NCBI GenBank assembly: GCA_031549195.1
Contig: JAVBQF010000006.1
Coordinates: 40,091-104,090 of the forward strand
Reading direction: 5' to 3'
Source of the DNA: Bacilli bacterium
GTDB taxonomy: Bacteria > Bacillota_I > Bacilli_A > RF39 > UBA660
DNA: 64,000 bases
In this document: positions 25,849 to 35,811 of the stretch, piece by piece
Layout: each line of letters begins with the position of its first letter
Position numbering within the stretch: position 1 is the stretch's first letter
Program-made: the position numbers and the translations under genes
The notes under the pieces: model-generated
Told to the model about the DNA's origin: nothing
What the model saw: only the letters and a program-made list of their open reading frames with translations
Databases searched by the model: none

Positions 25849-27930
25849 GTGTTAAAAAAGTATGAATGTGTTATGCAAGAAGGAATTAAAGACTGTGGTA
25901 TTTGTTCCTTACTTACAATTGTAAAAACGTATGGTGGTAATGTTTCAAAGGAGTATTTAAGAAGTTTGACAAATACTACAAAAGATGGTGTAACAGCACT
26001 ATCTTTACTCGAAGCAGGCAAAGACCTAGGCTTCAGCACAAAAGGAGTAACGGGAGACGTTTTTGATATAGATAGTAATTCTCTTCCTTGTATAGCACAT
26101 GTCATCATCAATAATAGTTATAAACATTTTGTAGTAATACATCATATAGATAAAACTAAAAAAGTTATAACTATTGCAGATCCAGCAAGTGGAATTATAA
26201 AGATTAAGTATGAAGATTTCAAAGAGATATCAACTGATAAATATTTGTTATTTATGCCAAACAAACCTATACCTATATTCGAAAAAGTTAATACATTAAA
26301 AGAACTTATAATTGAATTTATAACTACTAATAAAAAAATATTTATTTCAATATTTCTTTTCTCACTCTTATACACCCTAATTAATATAATAACTGCATAT
26401 AATTTTCAATTTATTATAGAAAGTTCAATAAATTACTTCTCTAAAAATAACTTGTATTTTATTATGGTTATAATGTTTATATTAGTAGTCTTCAAAACAA
26501 TTATAGATTATTTTAGAAGTCAATTACTTAATTTTATTAATCATAAACTGGATTATACGATGGTCAAATCACTTTTTAGACATATAATATCACTTCCTTA
26601 TTTATATTATAAAAATAGAACTACTGGAGAAGTTATTTCTAGAATTAATGATTTGTCTGAAATAAGGCAAACATTGAGTCAAGTATTTGTAACACTATTT
26701 GTTGATACTATTTTAGTTACTTTTGTTTTAATAGCATTATTTACAATTAACTTTGTACTATCTTTGATTACAATATCTATTATAGTCATATACATGCTTT
26801 TAATATGGATATTCAATGGTTATTTGGCAAAAAACATCGTCAAAATCACTAAAGACAATGCCATAGTTAATTCTTATATGATTGAATCTATTAATTCTAT
26901 CGAATCAATTAAGGGATTAAATATAGTTGATAAAATTAATAATGAATTCAATAAAAAATATTCTAAATATATAAATAATAGTTATAAATTTAATTATATA
27001 TATAATATAGAAATTTTTATTAAAGAATTAATAAACTCGATAGGATTATTACTAATTATATTTATTGGAAGTATACATGTTATAGACAATAAAATGTCTT
27101 TAGCAGAACTTATTACTTACAATAGTTTAATTATATATTTTCTAGAGCCAGTAAAAAGTATTATTAATTTTGATATTATATTTAGAAAAACAAAAATAGT
27201 ATTTGATAGAGTTATGGAGCTTTATACAGTTAAAGCTGAAAAAGTAATAGCGTGTGAAAAATATGTTGATAAAAAACTAAATGGAGATATAGAAATAAAA
27301 AATCTAACTTTTTCTTATAATCACATTAATAATGTGATTGACAAATTAAACTTGACAATAAAAAAAGGCGAAAAAATAATAGTAAGTGGCTCATCTGGAA
27401 GTGGAAAAAGTACTCGTGCTAAAATATTGATGAAATATTTTGATATAGAGAGAGATAAAGTTTTTATAGACAATAAGGACATCAATGATTATAGCTTATT
27501 AAATATAAGAGAAAGTATATGTTACATTTCCCAAAATGAAACTCTTTATACTGACAGTGTCTATAACAATGTAGTATTATCTAATAATTGTAATTATGAT
27601 GAATTTTTAAAGGTATCAAAAGTGACGTTACTTGAAGAAATTGTTAAAAATAATGGCCTTGGTTTTAATATGTTACTTGAAGAAAATGGCTCAAACTTAT
27701 CTGGTGGAGAGAAAGAGAGAGTTGTTTTATCAAGATCATTAATGAAAAATAGTGATATTTATATTATGGATGAAACACTAAGTCAAGTAGATACAAAAAA
27801 GGAAAGAGAAATATTAACAAATCTATTTAATTTTTATAAGGAAAAAACAATAATATTTATAAGTCACCGTTTTGATAATGAAGATTTATTTGATAAATGT
27901 ATTAATTTGAATGAGGTACTTTGTGAATAA
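25849..27930 (+). CDS. Bacteriocin-processing and export ABC transporter with an N-terminal C39 peptidase domain (ComA/LagD/SunT-type)
   Basis: GTG start after AGGAGGTG. C39 motifs are QEGIKDCGICSLLTIVKTYGG (catalytic Cys) and a His-containing region HFVVIHHID. It has 6 TM helices. Walker A is GSSGSGKST, the signature is LSGGEKER, Walker B is IYIMDE, and the H-loop is SHR. Confidence 0.75.
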   Translation: MLKKYECVMQEGIKDCGICSLLTIVKTYGGNVSKEYLRSLTNTTKDGVTALSLLEAGKDLGFSTKGVTGDVFDIDSNSLPCIAHVIINNSYKHFVVIHHIDKTKKVITIADPASGIIKIKYEDFKEISTDKYLLFMPNKPIPIFEKVNTLKELIIEFITTNKKIFISIFLFSLLYTLINIITAYNFQFIIESSINYFSKNNLYFIMVIMFILVVFKTIIDYFRSQLLNFINHKLDYTMVKSLFRHIISLPYLYYKNRTTGEVISRINDLSEIRQTLSQVFVTLFVDTILVTFVLIALFTINFVLSLITISIIVIYMLLIWIFNGYLAKNIVKITKDNAIVNSYMIESINSIESIKGLNIVDKINNEFNKKYSKYINNSYKFNYIYNIEIFIKELINSIGLLLIIFIGSIHVIDNKMSLAELITYNSLIIYFLEPVKSIINFDIIFRKTKIVFDRVMELYTVKAEKVIACEKYVDKKLNGDIEIKNLTFSYNHINNVIDKLNLTIKKGEKIIVSGSSGSGKSTRAKILMKYFDIERDKVFIDNKDINDYSLLNIRESICYISQNETLYTDSVYNNVVLSNNCNYDEFLKVSKVTLLEEIVKNNGLGFNMLLEENGSNLSGGEKERVVLSRSLMKNSDIYIMDETLSQVDTKKEREILTNLFNFYKEKTIIFISHRFDNEDLFDKCINLNEVLCE

Positions 27931-28366
27931 GTTTATTGATATAGGTGACTATAATTTAGGATATGGAAATAAAAAAGTTAATATTTTATATAAGTGGATA
28001 GTAGTTTTAATTTTTATAATAACAATTACTTTGATATTAATATTTAATAAGTATCATTATATGTATTATCAAGGTAGTGGGATTCTAAAGGAAAGAGATT
28101 ATTTAACTATTAATGTGTATATTGAAGATATTGATAAGGTTATAAAAAATAAGTATATTATGATAGGAGGATCCACACTTACTTACAACGTGGCAAATAT
28201 AAGTGAAGAGTTTACAGCTCAAGGAACAATTCTTTACAAGGAAATAACCTTGAAAATAGATTTGGAAGATACTATAAATATAGAAAATAATTATATTAAA
28301 TTTAGAATAATGATAGATAAGATTTCGATGCTTGATTATGTATTAAGTAAAATAAAGGGGGAATGA
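27911..28366 (+). CDS. Small membrane-anchored protein of the bacteriocin locus (accessory or immunity candidate)
   Basis: Overlaps the ABC gene stop by 20 nt. Single N-terminal TM (ILYKWIVVLIFIITITLILIF). No known motif. Confidence 0.4.
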   Translation: MRYFVNKFIDIGDYNLGYGNKKVNILYKWIVVLIFIITITLILIFNKYHYMYYQGSGILKERDYLTINVYIEDIDKVIKNKYIMIGGSTLTYNVANISEEFTAQGTILYKEITLKIDLEDTINIENNYIKFRIMIDKISMLDYVLSKIKGE

Positions 28367-28367
28367 A

Positions 28368-28508
28368 ATGAAAGATTTATCAAATAATGAACTAACAGAG
28401 ACAAAAGGTGGAATAGGTGTTTGGGGGCTTATTGGAATAGGTGCTGTTGTTGTGTTTTTAATAGGCGTAGTAGATGGTTACACAAGACCACTTGCTTGCA
28501 ATAAATAA
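28368..28508 (+). CDS. Class II bacteriocin precursor peptide 1 with a double-glycine leader (46 aa: MKDLSNNELTETKGG | IGVWGLIGIGAVVVFLIGVVDGYTRPLACNK)
   Basis: Translated by hand from the DNA. RBS AAGGGGG lies 7 nt upstream. The leader LSxxELxxxxGG matches the consensus for C39-processed leaders. The mature peptide is small, cationic at the C-terminus, and carries GxxxG motifs typical of two-peptide bacteriocins. Confidence 0.6.
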   Translation: MKDLSNNELTETKGGIGVWGLIGIGAVVVFLIGVVDGYTRPLACNK

Positions 28509-28518
28509 AGGAGGAATT

Positions 28519-28686
28519 ATGGTTGATGTTACTAATGAAGAAATGTATCTTACGCATGGTGGTATCTCTATTTCAGGTAGTTTAGTAAACTCTCTTACTA
28601 GTGGAATAAAAGTAATATTAGATATAGGAAGAAGTGCTGGTACTGCAGCAAGAAGACTACTTTTTAATAGTGTATGCCCAGTTTAA
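28519..28686 (+). CDS. Class II bacteriocin precursor peptide 2 with a double-glycine leader (55 aa: MVDVTNEEMYLTHGG | ISISGSLVNSLTSGIKVILDIGRSAGTAARRLLFNSVCPV)
   Basis: RBS AAGGAGG lies 5 nt upstream of the ATG at 28519. The track's 70-aa ORF starts further upstream inside peptide 1. The leader is VTxxEMxxxxGG. The mature peptide has an SxxxS/GxxxG-like motif and an Arg-rich C-terminus. Confidence 0.55.
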   Translation: MVDVTNEEMYLTHGGISISGSLVNSLTSGIKVILDIGRSAGTAARRLLFNSVCPV

Positions 28687-28751
28687 TTAAAAGAGTATCT
28701 GACAATAAAAGGTTGTTAACAGTACTATCAATACTTTTATTACCAGTAACG

Positions 28752-28847
28752 ATGTATCTTTTTAATATTATTGTAACCTTTACCTTTAGTATGGGTACAC
28801 ATGTAGGTACATTTATAAGACACTTATATACAAATGTTGTATGTTAA
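28752..28847 (+). CDS. Candidate small hydrophobic ORF (31 aa from ATG, or 44 aa from TTG at 28713). A possible immunity peptide.
   Basis: MYLFNIIVTFTFSMGTHVGTFIRHLYTNVVC lies between peptide 2 and the operon terminator. No convincing RBS was found. Confidence 0.2.
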   Translation: MYLFNIIVTFTFSMGTHVGTFIRHLYTNVVC

Positions 28848-28854
28848 AGAAAAA

Positions 28855-28880
28855 GTTACATAGAAATATGTAACTTTTTA
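28855..28880. terminator. Terminator hairpin (GTTACATA-gaaa-TATGTAAC) flanked by an A-run and a T-run, ending the bacteriocin operon
   Basis: 8-bp perfect stem, read directly. Confidence 0.55.
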
Positions 28881-28897
28881 TATGTTAAAAATACTAT

Positions 28898-28926
28898 TTG
28901 AAATAAGTAATTCCTTATAGTATAAT
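28898..28926 (+). promoter_or_regulatory. Sigma-A promoter for ftsA (TTGAAA-17-TATAAT)
   Basis: Consensus hexamers with 17-nt spacing, ~25 nt upstream of the ftsA ATG. Confidence 0.55.
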
Positions 28927-28951
28927 GTATTTAAGATAAGGAAGAGATGTT

Positions 28952-30193
28952 ATGAGAAATATTTATACTGGTATTGATATTGGTAGTGATAGTATTAAGA
29001 TTGTTGTAGTAGAATTTCTAAAAGATAAGTTTCACGTTTTAGCATCTACTTCTGTTCGTACTCAAGGCGTAAAAAGAGGTTTAGTAACCGATCATGAATT
29101 AGTTGTTAATTCATTAAAACTAGCATTAGTTGAGATAGAAAAAAGTTTAGGAGTAAGGATTGATAAAGCAGTAGTAGCAATTCCATCAAATGAAAGAGCT
29201 TTAGAGATAGTATCTGGTACAATTACACTTGAAAATGGTGTAGTATCAGGAGATGAGATAATAAGGGCTCTGCAAATTGCAACGAATGGTAAGATAAAAG
29301 AAAAATATGAATTAGTATCCATGATTCCAATATTATTTAAAGTTGATGGTAAAGGAAATTTTCAAGATCCTAAAGGTCAGATTGGAAATGAATTAGAAGT
29401 AAAAGCAGTATTAGCAGCAGCACCACGTAAGGTTATATATGACACATTAAGAGTTGTGAGTGATTGTAATATAGAAATTGCAGATATTGTATTTAGTGGT
29501 ATTGGTGATTATTATGAAGCAATGGGAGCAGATACTAAAGAAGAGTTAGGTGCTGTTGTAAATATTGGTAGTGAAACTATAGACATATCAATATTTAATA
29601 AAGGCATATTAATTAAAAATTCGTTGATTAACTTAGGTAGTAAAAATATAGATAAAGACATTTCTTATGTATGCGGAGTAGATAATAATACCGCAAGAGA
29701 ACTAAAAGAAAAATTTGCTGTTTGCTCAAGGAGATATGCTGATATTAATGATGTAATTGAAGTTCCTATAAATGATAATGAAAAAGTATCAATTAATCAG
29801 TACGAGATATCTGAAATTATTGAAGCAAGAGTGATGGAACTATTGAAATTAGCTAAAAAAGAAATAAATGACTTAACAAAAAGAAAAATAAGTTATATAA
29901 TTGTTACAGGTGGAATAAGCGAACTGATGGGCTTCAGCTATGTTGTTGAAAATATGTTAGGAATGAATGCTTCTACGCTAGTTATCACTACAGTGGGTAT
30001 TAGAAGTAACAGATATTCTACTGCAATTGGTATTGTTAAATATTTTTATGATAAAATGAAACTAAGAGGTAAACATATTTCAATGTTATCAGAAGAAAAA
30101 GTTAATGAACTAATGGAAAATAAAAGAAGTATGATAGAATTATCTGATGATACATTAATAAGTAGAATATTTGGTTATTTTACTATTGACTAA
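28952..30193 (+). CDS. ftsA: Cell division protein FtsA
   Basis: Actin-fold motifs IYTGIDIGSDSIKIVVVE, VVNIGSETIDISIF and IIVTGGISELMG. It lies immediately upstream of ftsZ. Confidence 0.85.
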   Translation: MRNIYTGIDIGSDSIKIVVVEFLKDKFHVLASTSVRTQGVKRGLVTDHELVVNSLKLALVEIEKSLGVRIDKAVVAIPSNERALEIVSGTITLENGVVSGDEIIRALQIATNGKIKEKYELVSMIPILFKVDGKGNFQDPKGQIGNELEVKAVLAAAPRKVIYDTLRVVSDCNIEIADIVFSGIGDYYEAMGADTKEELGAVVNIGSETIDISIFNKGILIKNSLINLGSKNIDKDISYVCGVDNNTARELKEKFAVCSRRYADINDVIEVPINDNEKVSINQYEISEIIEARVMELLKLAKKEINDLTKRKISYIIVTGGISELMGFSYVVENMLGMNASTLVITTVGIRSNRYSTAIGIVKYFYDKMKLRGKHISMLSEEKVNELMENKRSMIELSDDTLISRIFGYFTID

Positions 30194-30205
30194 GGAGGAA
30201 AGATT

Positions 30206-31339
30206 ATGTTCGGTGGGTTAGAAATGGATCAATTAGCTAAAATAAAGGTAATTGGTATTGGTGGTGGTGGTGGAAACGCTGTTAACAGAATGATAGAATC
30301 AGGTGTTAAGGGTGTTGAATTTATTGTTGCGAATACAGACCTTCAGGTGCTAAATACATCAAAAGCAGATGTGAAACTACAAATTGGATCAACTCTTACA
30401 TCAGGACTTGGTGCAGGTGCAAAACCAGAAGTAGGAAAAGAAGCTGCTATTGAAGCTAAGAAAGAGATTGAAGAAGCTTTAGCTGGTGCGGATATGGTAT
30501 TCATCACATGCGGAATGGGTGGTGGAACAGGCTCTGGAGCTGCTCCAGTAGTTGCTGAAATTGCACAAGCTTTAGGAGCTCTTACAGTTGCTATCGTTAC
30601 AAAACCATTTACTTTTGAAGGAAGAAAGAGAATGGAAAATGCTATGACTGGTCTTGATGAATTAAAAAAACATGTAGATACGTTAATAGTTATTCCAAAT
30701 GATAGATTAAGAGAAATAATCGATAAAACTACTCCAATGCTAGAAGCGTTTAAAGAAGTAGATAATGTTTTAAGAAGAGGAGTACAATCTATTTCAGATT
30801 TAATTGCTGTAGTTGGTCTTGTTAACCTTGATTTTGCAGACGTTAAAGCTGTTATGGAAAAATCAGGTAATGCAATTATTGGTATTGGTATTGGAATGGG
30901 TGAAGAAAGAGCGATTGAAGCTGCAAAACAAGCTGTATCTTCGCCACTACTTGAAACATCAATTACTGGTGCTACTGATGCAATTATTAACATCACAGGT
31001 GGTATGAACCTAACATTATTTGAAGCAGAACAAGCTGCTGAAGTTGTAAGACTTGCAGCAGGTACTGATATAAATACAATATTTGGTTCAGTAATTAATG
31101 AGAACTTAACAGATGAAGTTATTGTAACAGTAATAGCTACAGGATTTGATAAAAATGGAAAAGAAGTTAGAAATAATACAATAAGTGCTCAAGAACTTCC
31201 AAGGCCAACTAGAAGAGTTGAACCACTTCCAGAAAGAAGAGAAATTCCTATAATAGACAGGGATGAAGATGATGAGGAAGAAGACGATTCAGACAATGAA
31301 TATGAATTACCTCCATTCTTAAGAGATAGAAATTATTAA
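30206..31339 (+). CDS. ftsZ: Cell division GTPase FtsZ
   Basis: [13 protein letters not shown], tubulin signature [18 protein letters not shown], and a conserved C-terminal peptide. Confidence 0.9.
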   Translation: MFGGLEMDQLAKIKVIGIGGGGGNAVNRMIESGVKGVEFIVANTDLQVLNTSKADVKLQIGSTLTSGLGAGAKPEVGKEAAIEAKKEIEEALAGADMVFITCGMGGGTGSGAAPVVAEIAQALGALTVAIVTKPFTFEGRKRMENAMTGLDELKKHVDTLIVIPNDRLREIIDKTTPMLEAFKEVDNVLRRGVQSISDLIAVVGLVNLDFADVKAVMEKSGNAIIGIGIGMGEERAIEAAKQAVSSPLLETSITGATDAIINITGGMNLTLFEAEQAAEVVRLAAGTDINTIFGSVINENLTDEVIVTVIATGFDKNGKEVRNNTISAQELPRPTRRVEPLPERREIPIIDRDEDDEEEDDSDNEYELPPFLRDRNY

Positions 31340-31360
31340 GTCTAGTAATAGACTTTTTTC
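31339..31360 (+). terminator. Terminator after ftsZ (AGTCTA-gtaa-TAGACT plus T6)
   Basis: Read directly. Confidence 0.5.
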
Positions 31361-31442
31361 TTTTCGTAAATATTAGTAAAGTTTATTCTTTTCTATTTAT
31401 TTCCATGGTATAATGTTGTTATCTTAGACTGGAGTGAAGTTT

Positions 31443-33686
31443 ATGGCAAAAAGAAAAAAAAGAAAAGATGAAAATGGAAAAAAGTTTGAGCATGCTCCTG
31501 AACTTTGGGGCATTGCCTGCATAATACTTTCGATATTAGCATTTGGAGCAGGGCGACCTCTTGGGATTGTTGGTAAAGTGATGAGAGCCTTTGCTGTCTT
31601 CCTATTTGGAACACTTGATGGAGTATTCTTATTAGTGCTATTTATACTAGGTTGGTATTTATTAATAAAAAGAAAAGCACCATCTATATGGTCAACTAAA
31701 GTAATTGGTCTTGTAATATTAGCAGCAGGAATATTAGTATTTTCCCATCTTGTATATATACAAAAAAATGATGGAAGTGCCTCTTTAATATTTCAAGCAA
31801 CATTAGATGATACAATGGAAATATTCAATCAAATATTAAGTGGTATACCATTTAAAACAAGTGGAAGTGGAATGATTGGATGTTCTTTGGCAGTATTATT
31901 CAACATACTATTTGATTCTACTGGTACCAAAATTGTATCTATCATATTAATTGTTATGGGTGCTTGTTTCTTTACAGGGTTCTCAATGTTTGAATTTATT
32001 CGTAAAGGATATGAAAAGGGGAAGAATATCTTACCAAATATAAATAGGCAAAGAGAAATAGAAAAAGAGAAAGATGAAGGAACTGCAGTTATTATAAATG
32101 ATAGTAATGCACCAGCAGATAATAAAGTAGTTGTCTCAAATATTGAAGAGTTAAAACATATGACACAGCATAATGAAGCACCACAAGAGACTACACTAAA
32201 AGAAGATATAGAGACTAGTCCAAGTAAATATGTATTGCCACCAATATCACTGTTGAATATGCCACCAAAGAAAATAAATAATAATCTACAAGCAAGTATT
32301 GAAAATAATATTGTTATTTTAGAGAAAACACTAAGAGAATTTGGTATCGTTGGTAGGGTTGTTGAGGTTAATAGCGGACCATCAGTAACTCAGTATGAAT
32401 TAGAAATTCAAACAGGAACAAAACTTAATCGATTATTAAGTATAAATAGAGAAATATCATTAGCGCTTGCAAAAAGAGATGTTAGAATTCAAGCACCAAT
32501 ACCTGGTAAGAGTACGGTTGGAATAGAAGTTGCAAATGATGTTATCTCAATGGTATCAATGAGAGAAATTATTGAAAACGTTCCTGAAAATAAGAAATCA
32601 AATAAATTACTTGCAGTATTAGGAAAAAACATTTTAGGGCAGACTAAATTCTGTGAGATAAACAAAACACCACACTTACTAGTTGCTGGTGCTACCGGCT
32701 CAGGTAAATCAGTATGCATCAACTGTATTATTACATCTATCTTGATGCGTGCTAAACCAGATGAAGTAAAACTTGTAATGGTTGACCCTAAAAAAGTAGA
32801 GTTAAGTATATATAATGGAATTCCACATTTGCTTATGCCTGTTGTAACAGACCCAAGAAAAGCTAATGTAGCACTTCAGAAAATAGTTTCTGAAATGGAA
32901 TCAAGATATGAAATACTAAGTGAAAAAAATGTCAAAAATATAGAATCATATAATGAATGGGTAGAAAAGGAAAATAAGAATAGACCTGATGGTGAAAAGT
33001 TAAGAAAAATGCATTACATTGTTGTAATTGTAGATGAGCTTGCTGACTTGATGCTCGTAGCTAGTAAAGAGGTTGAAGATTCAATTATGAGAATTACTCA
33101 AATGGCAAGAGCAGCAGGAATTCATTTGATTATTGCAACACAGCGTCCGTCAACTGATGTTATTACAGGTGTTGTTAAAGCAAATATACCATCACGTATA
33201 TCATTTACTGTAAGTAGTAGTATCGATTCACGTACAATACTAGACCAAATGGGTGCTGAAAAGTTGCTTGGAAAAGGTGACATGTTATTCCTACCAATGG
33301 GAGAAAATGCACCAGAGCGTATTCAAGGAGCATATGTATCAGATGAAGAGATACAAAAAATTGTGGACTATACAGTATCTCAGCAAATTGCTCAATATGA
33401 TGAAAAATTTATGAATTTAGCAAATGCAAAAGATCAAGGAAATGCTGGTGGAGAAGTTGGTATAACAGAAGAGGAATATGATGATCCTCTATACGATGAG
33501 ATTGTGGAATTTGTATTAACTTCTGGAAAAGCTAGCGCATCACTTTTACAAAGAAGATTTAAACTTGGTTATAATAGAGCAGCAAGAATAGTTGATTTAC
33601 TTGAAGAAAGAGGAATCATTGGACCACAAAATGGATCTAAGCCAAGAGACGTTTTAATGAAGTTAAAGGATAGTGAAGAGGAATAA
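31443..33686 (+). CDS. ftsK: DNA translocase FtsK/SpoIIIE
   Basis: N-terminal TM helices. Motor domain VAGATGSGKSVCIN, VIVDELADLM, IIATQRPS. C-terminal gamma winged-helix (ASLLQRRFKLGYNRAARIVDLLEERGIIGP). Start is the ATG after GGAGTGA. Confidence 0.8.
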   Translation: MAKRKKRKDENGKKFEHAPELWGIACIILSILAFGAGRPLGIVGKVMRAFAVFLFGTLDGVFLLVLFILGWYLLIKRKAPSIWSTKVIGLVILAAGILVFSHLVYIQKNDGSASLIFQATLDDTMEIFNQILSGIPFKTSGSGMIGCSLAVLFNILFDSTGTKIVSIILIVMGACFFTGFSMFEFIRKGYEKGKNILPNINRQREIEKEKDEGTAVIINDSNAPADNKVVVSNIEELKHMTQHNEAPQETTLKEDIETSPSKYVLPPISLLNMPPKKINNNLQASIENNIVILEKTLREFGIVGRVVEVNSGPSVTQYELEIQTGTKLNRLLSINREISLALAKRDVRIQAPIPGKSTVGIEVANDVISMVSMREIIENVPENKKSNKLLAVLGKNILGQTKFCEINKTPHLLVAGATGSGKSVCINCIITSILMRAKPDEVKLVMVDPKKVELSIYNGIPHLLMPVVTDPRKANVALQKIVSEMESRYEILSEKNVKNIESYNEWVEKENKNRPDGEKLRKMHYIVVIVDELADLMLVASKEVEDSIMRITQMARAAGIHLIIATQRPSTDVITGVVKANIPSRISFTVSSSIDSRTILDQMGAEKLLGKGDMLFLPMGENAPERIQGAYVSDEEIQKIVDYTVSQQIAQYDEKFMNLANAKDQGNAGGEVGITEEEYDDPLYDEIVEFVLTSGKASASLLQRRFKLGYNRAARIVDLLEERGIIGPQNGSKPRDVLMKLKDSEEE

Positions 33687-33710
33687 GTAGTCATTTTGAC
33701 TACTTTTTTG
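33687..33710 (+). terminator. Terminator after ftsK (GTAGTCA-ttt-TGACTAC plus T6)
   Basis: Read directly. Confidence 0.55.
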
Positions 33711-33781
33711 GTGCCGTTTTTAGTAATTTTTGGTAAAACCATGTTATAATAATACTAATAGTAGCAGAAAGAAGGGATAAT

Positions 33782-34498
33782 ATGCCAACACCACATATAG
33801 AAGCAAATGTAGAAGATATAGCAGAAATAGTATTAATGCCAGGCGATCCGCTAAGAGCAAAATATATTGCAGAAAAATATTTGGAAAATGCTGTATTAGT
33901 TAATAAGGTTAGGAATATGTTTTGTTATACAGGTTATTATAAAGGTGTAAAATTAAGTGTTATGGGTAGTGGAATGGGGATGCCAAGCACAGGTATTTAC
34001 TCCTATGAACTATTTAAATTTTATAATGTAAAGACAATTATTAGAATTGGAAGTTGTGGAACATATACAAATAAATTAAGTATTGCAGATGTATTATTAG
34101 TTACCAGTGCATTTAGTGATTCTAATTATGCGAAAATTCAAAATAATGAGGACCGTTTAATACTAAATTCCGATAATGAAGTGAATGAAGAAATTAGAAA
34201 AACAGCGATATTAAAGAATGTTGAACTATATGAAGGAACTATTCATAGTAGTGATGTTTTCTATCAAGAAAAGAACAACTATAAAGAACTAGTAGATAAG
34301 TATAATGTATTAGGTGTAGAAATGGAGTCATTTGCCCTGTTTCATAATGCAAATGTGTTAAATAAAAAGGCAACTTGTTTATTAACTGTTTCAGATTCAT
34401 TTGTTTCGGATGAAAAAATGACAAGAGAAGAAAGAGAAAAAAGTTTAAACAGGATGATTGAATTAGCACTTGATTCAATAATTACATTTGATAAATAA
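33782..34498 (+). CDS. deoD: Purine nucleoside phosphorylase, DeoD-type
   Basis: MPTPHIEAN...VLMPGDPLRAKYIAE...GYYKGVKLSVMGSGMGMPS...IRIGSCG aligns with E. coli DeoD. Confidence 0.8.
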   Translation: MPTPHIEANVEDIAEIVLMPGDPLRAKYIAEKYLENAVLVNKVRNMFCYTGYYKGVKLSVMGSGMGMPSTGIYSYELFKFYNVKTIIRIGSCGTYTNKLSIADVLLVTSAFSDSNYAKIQNNEDRLILNSDNEVNEEIRKTAILKNVELYEGTIHSSDVFYQEKNNYKELVDKYNVLGVEMESFALFHNANVLNKKATCLLTVSDSFVSDEKMTREEREKSLNRMIELALDSIITFDK

Positions 34499-34536
34499 TT
34501 TTTTAAGATTTAACTATAATAATAAGGAGGTGTTAT

Positions 34537-35811
34537 ATGGAATATAAAAAGAAAGAGTTCGGTTCTTATAATTTGCATATGATTAAAACTGATAGGTTTA
34601 AGTCAGTGAACATGGAAATTATATTTAGTGATGAAATAAAAAAAGAAGAAATAACAAAAAGAAATTTTTTAGCAGATATGCTTACTTATTCAAGCAAACT
34701 TTATAAAACTAGACACTCTTTAGTAATAGCTATGCAAGATTTATATTCTGCAAAGTTTTATGCCTCGAGCTATAGAATAGTTAATTATTATAATACAGAT
34801 TTTAATCTTCGCTTTTTAGATGAAAGATATACTGAAAAGGGAATGTTAGAAAAGAGCATTAAGTTTGCAATTGAAACAATATTAAATCCTAATGTTTTAG
34901 ACAATAGTTTTGACAATGACACCTTCGAAGTAGTTAAAAGAGATGCTAAAAACCAAATAGAAGGTATCAAGGAAAACCCTATTAAATATGCTATTATCAA
35001 TATGCTAAATAAAATGAATTCTAAAGCAAGATATTCATACCATAGCTTTGGTTATCTTGAGGATCTAGAAAAGATAACAGAAGAAAATCTATATGAGTAT
35101 TATAAAGAATTTATAAAAAGAAGTAATATTGATATATATATAATTGGAAATATTGATTTTGAAGTAGTAGAAAAAGTAATTTCCGAAAGCTTAAAAGTTC
35201 ATGTGTTAAAGAAACCAAAATGTAGTGCCTACATAGTACATAATAATATTAAAATACGTGTTAAAAAGTACGAAGAAGATGATAATACAAATCAAACAAA
35301 ATTAAGTATTGGTTGTAAATTAAAAGATTTAACAGAGTTTGAAAAAAACTATGCTTCTAATATTTACAGTACTATTTTAGGTGGCAATAGTGACTCTAAG
35401 CTTTTTAAGAACGTAAGAGAGAAAAATTCATTATGTTATTCAATATATTCTTCAATTAATAAACTTGATAATTTATTTTTAATAAATTCATATATTACAA
35501 AAGCTAATTATAATAAGGTAATAAAGTTAATTAAACAAGAAATGAAAGCAATTACAGAAGGTAATATTACTGATGAAGAGTTAGAAAAGGCAAAAAAGAG
35601 TTATATAGCTATGATAGAAGATATATATGATTCACCAAGTCTTTTAATCGCATCCTATTATGCTATGGATATTCTAAATGCAGATGAACCAGAAACTAGG
35701 AAAAAGATGATAATGGAAGTAACAAAAGAAGATGTTATTAATGTAAGTAAAAAAGTATATATGGATACTATATATCTGTTAGGTGGTGATAAAGAAAATG
35801 AAGAAGATTGA
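34537..35811 (+). CDS. M16-family peptidase homolog lacking the HxxEH zinc site (non-catalytic partner subunit)
   Basis: Insulinase-like fold and length; no HxxEH. It overlaps the downstream M16 gene by 29 nt. Confidence 0.5.
   Translation: MEYKKKEFGSYNLHMIKTDRFKSVNMEIIFSDEIKKEEITKRNFLADMLTYSSKLYKTRHSLVIAMQDLYSAKFYASSYRIVNYYNTDFNLRFLDERYTEKGMLEKSIKFAIETILNPNVLDNSFDNDTFEVVKRDAKNQIEGIKENPIKYAIINMLNKMNSKARYSYHSFGYLEDLEKITEENLYEYYKEFIKRSNIDIYIIGNIDFEVVEKVISESLKVHVLKKPKCSAYIVHNNIKIRVKKYEEDDNTNQTKLSIGCKLKDLTEFEKNYASNIYSTILGGNSDSKLFKNVREKNSLCYSIYSSINKLDNLFLINSYITKANYNKVIKLIKQEMKAITEGNITDEELEKAKKSYIAMIEDIYDSPSLLIASYYAMDILNADEPETRKKMIMEVTKEDVINVSKKVYMDTIYLLGGDKENEED

Noticed and set aside
28474-28518. 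Upstream extension of bacteriocin peptide 2 to a 70-aa ORF starting at 28474
   Set aside because: The extension lies inside the peptide-1 coding region and has no RBS. The ATG at 28519 is preceded by AAGGAGG and yields a canonical GG-leader.
30343-31007. ORFs on either strand inside ftsZ (30343-30996 minus; 30813-31007 plus)
   Set aside because: Embedded in one of the best-supported genes in the window.
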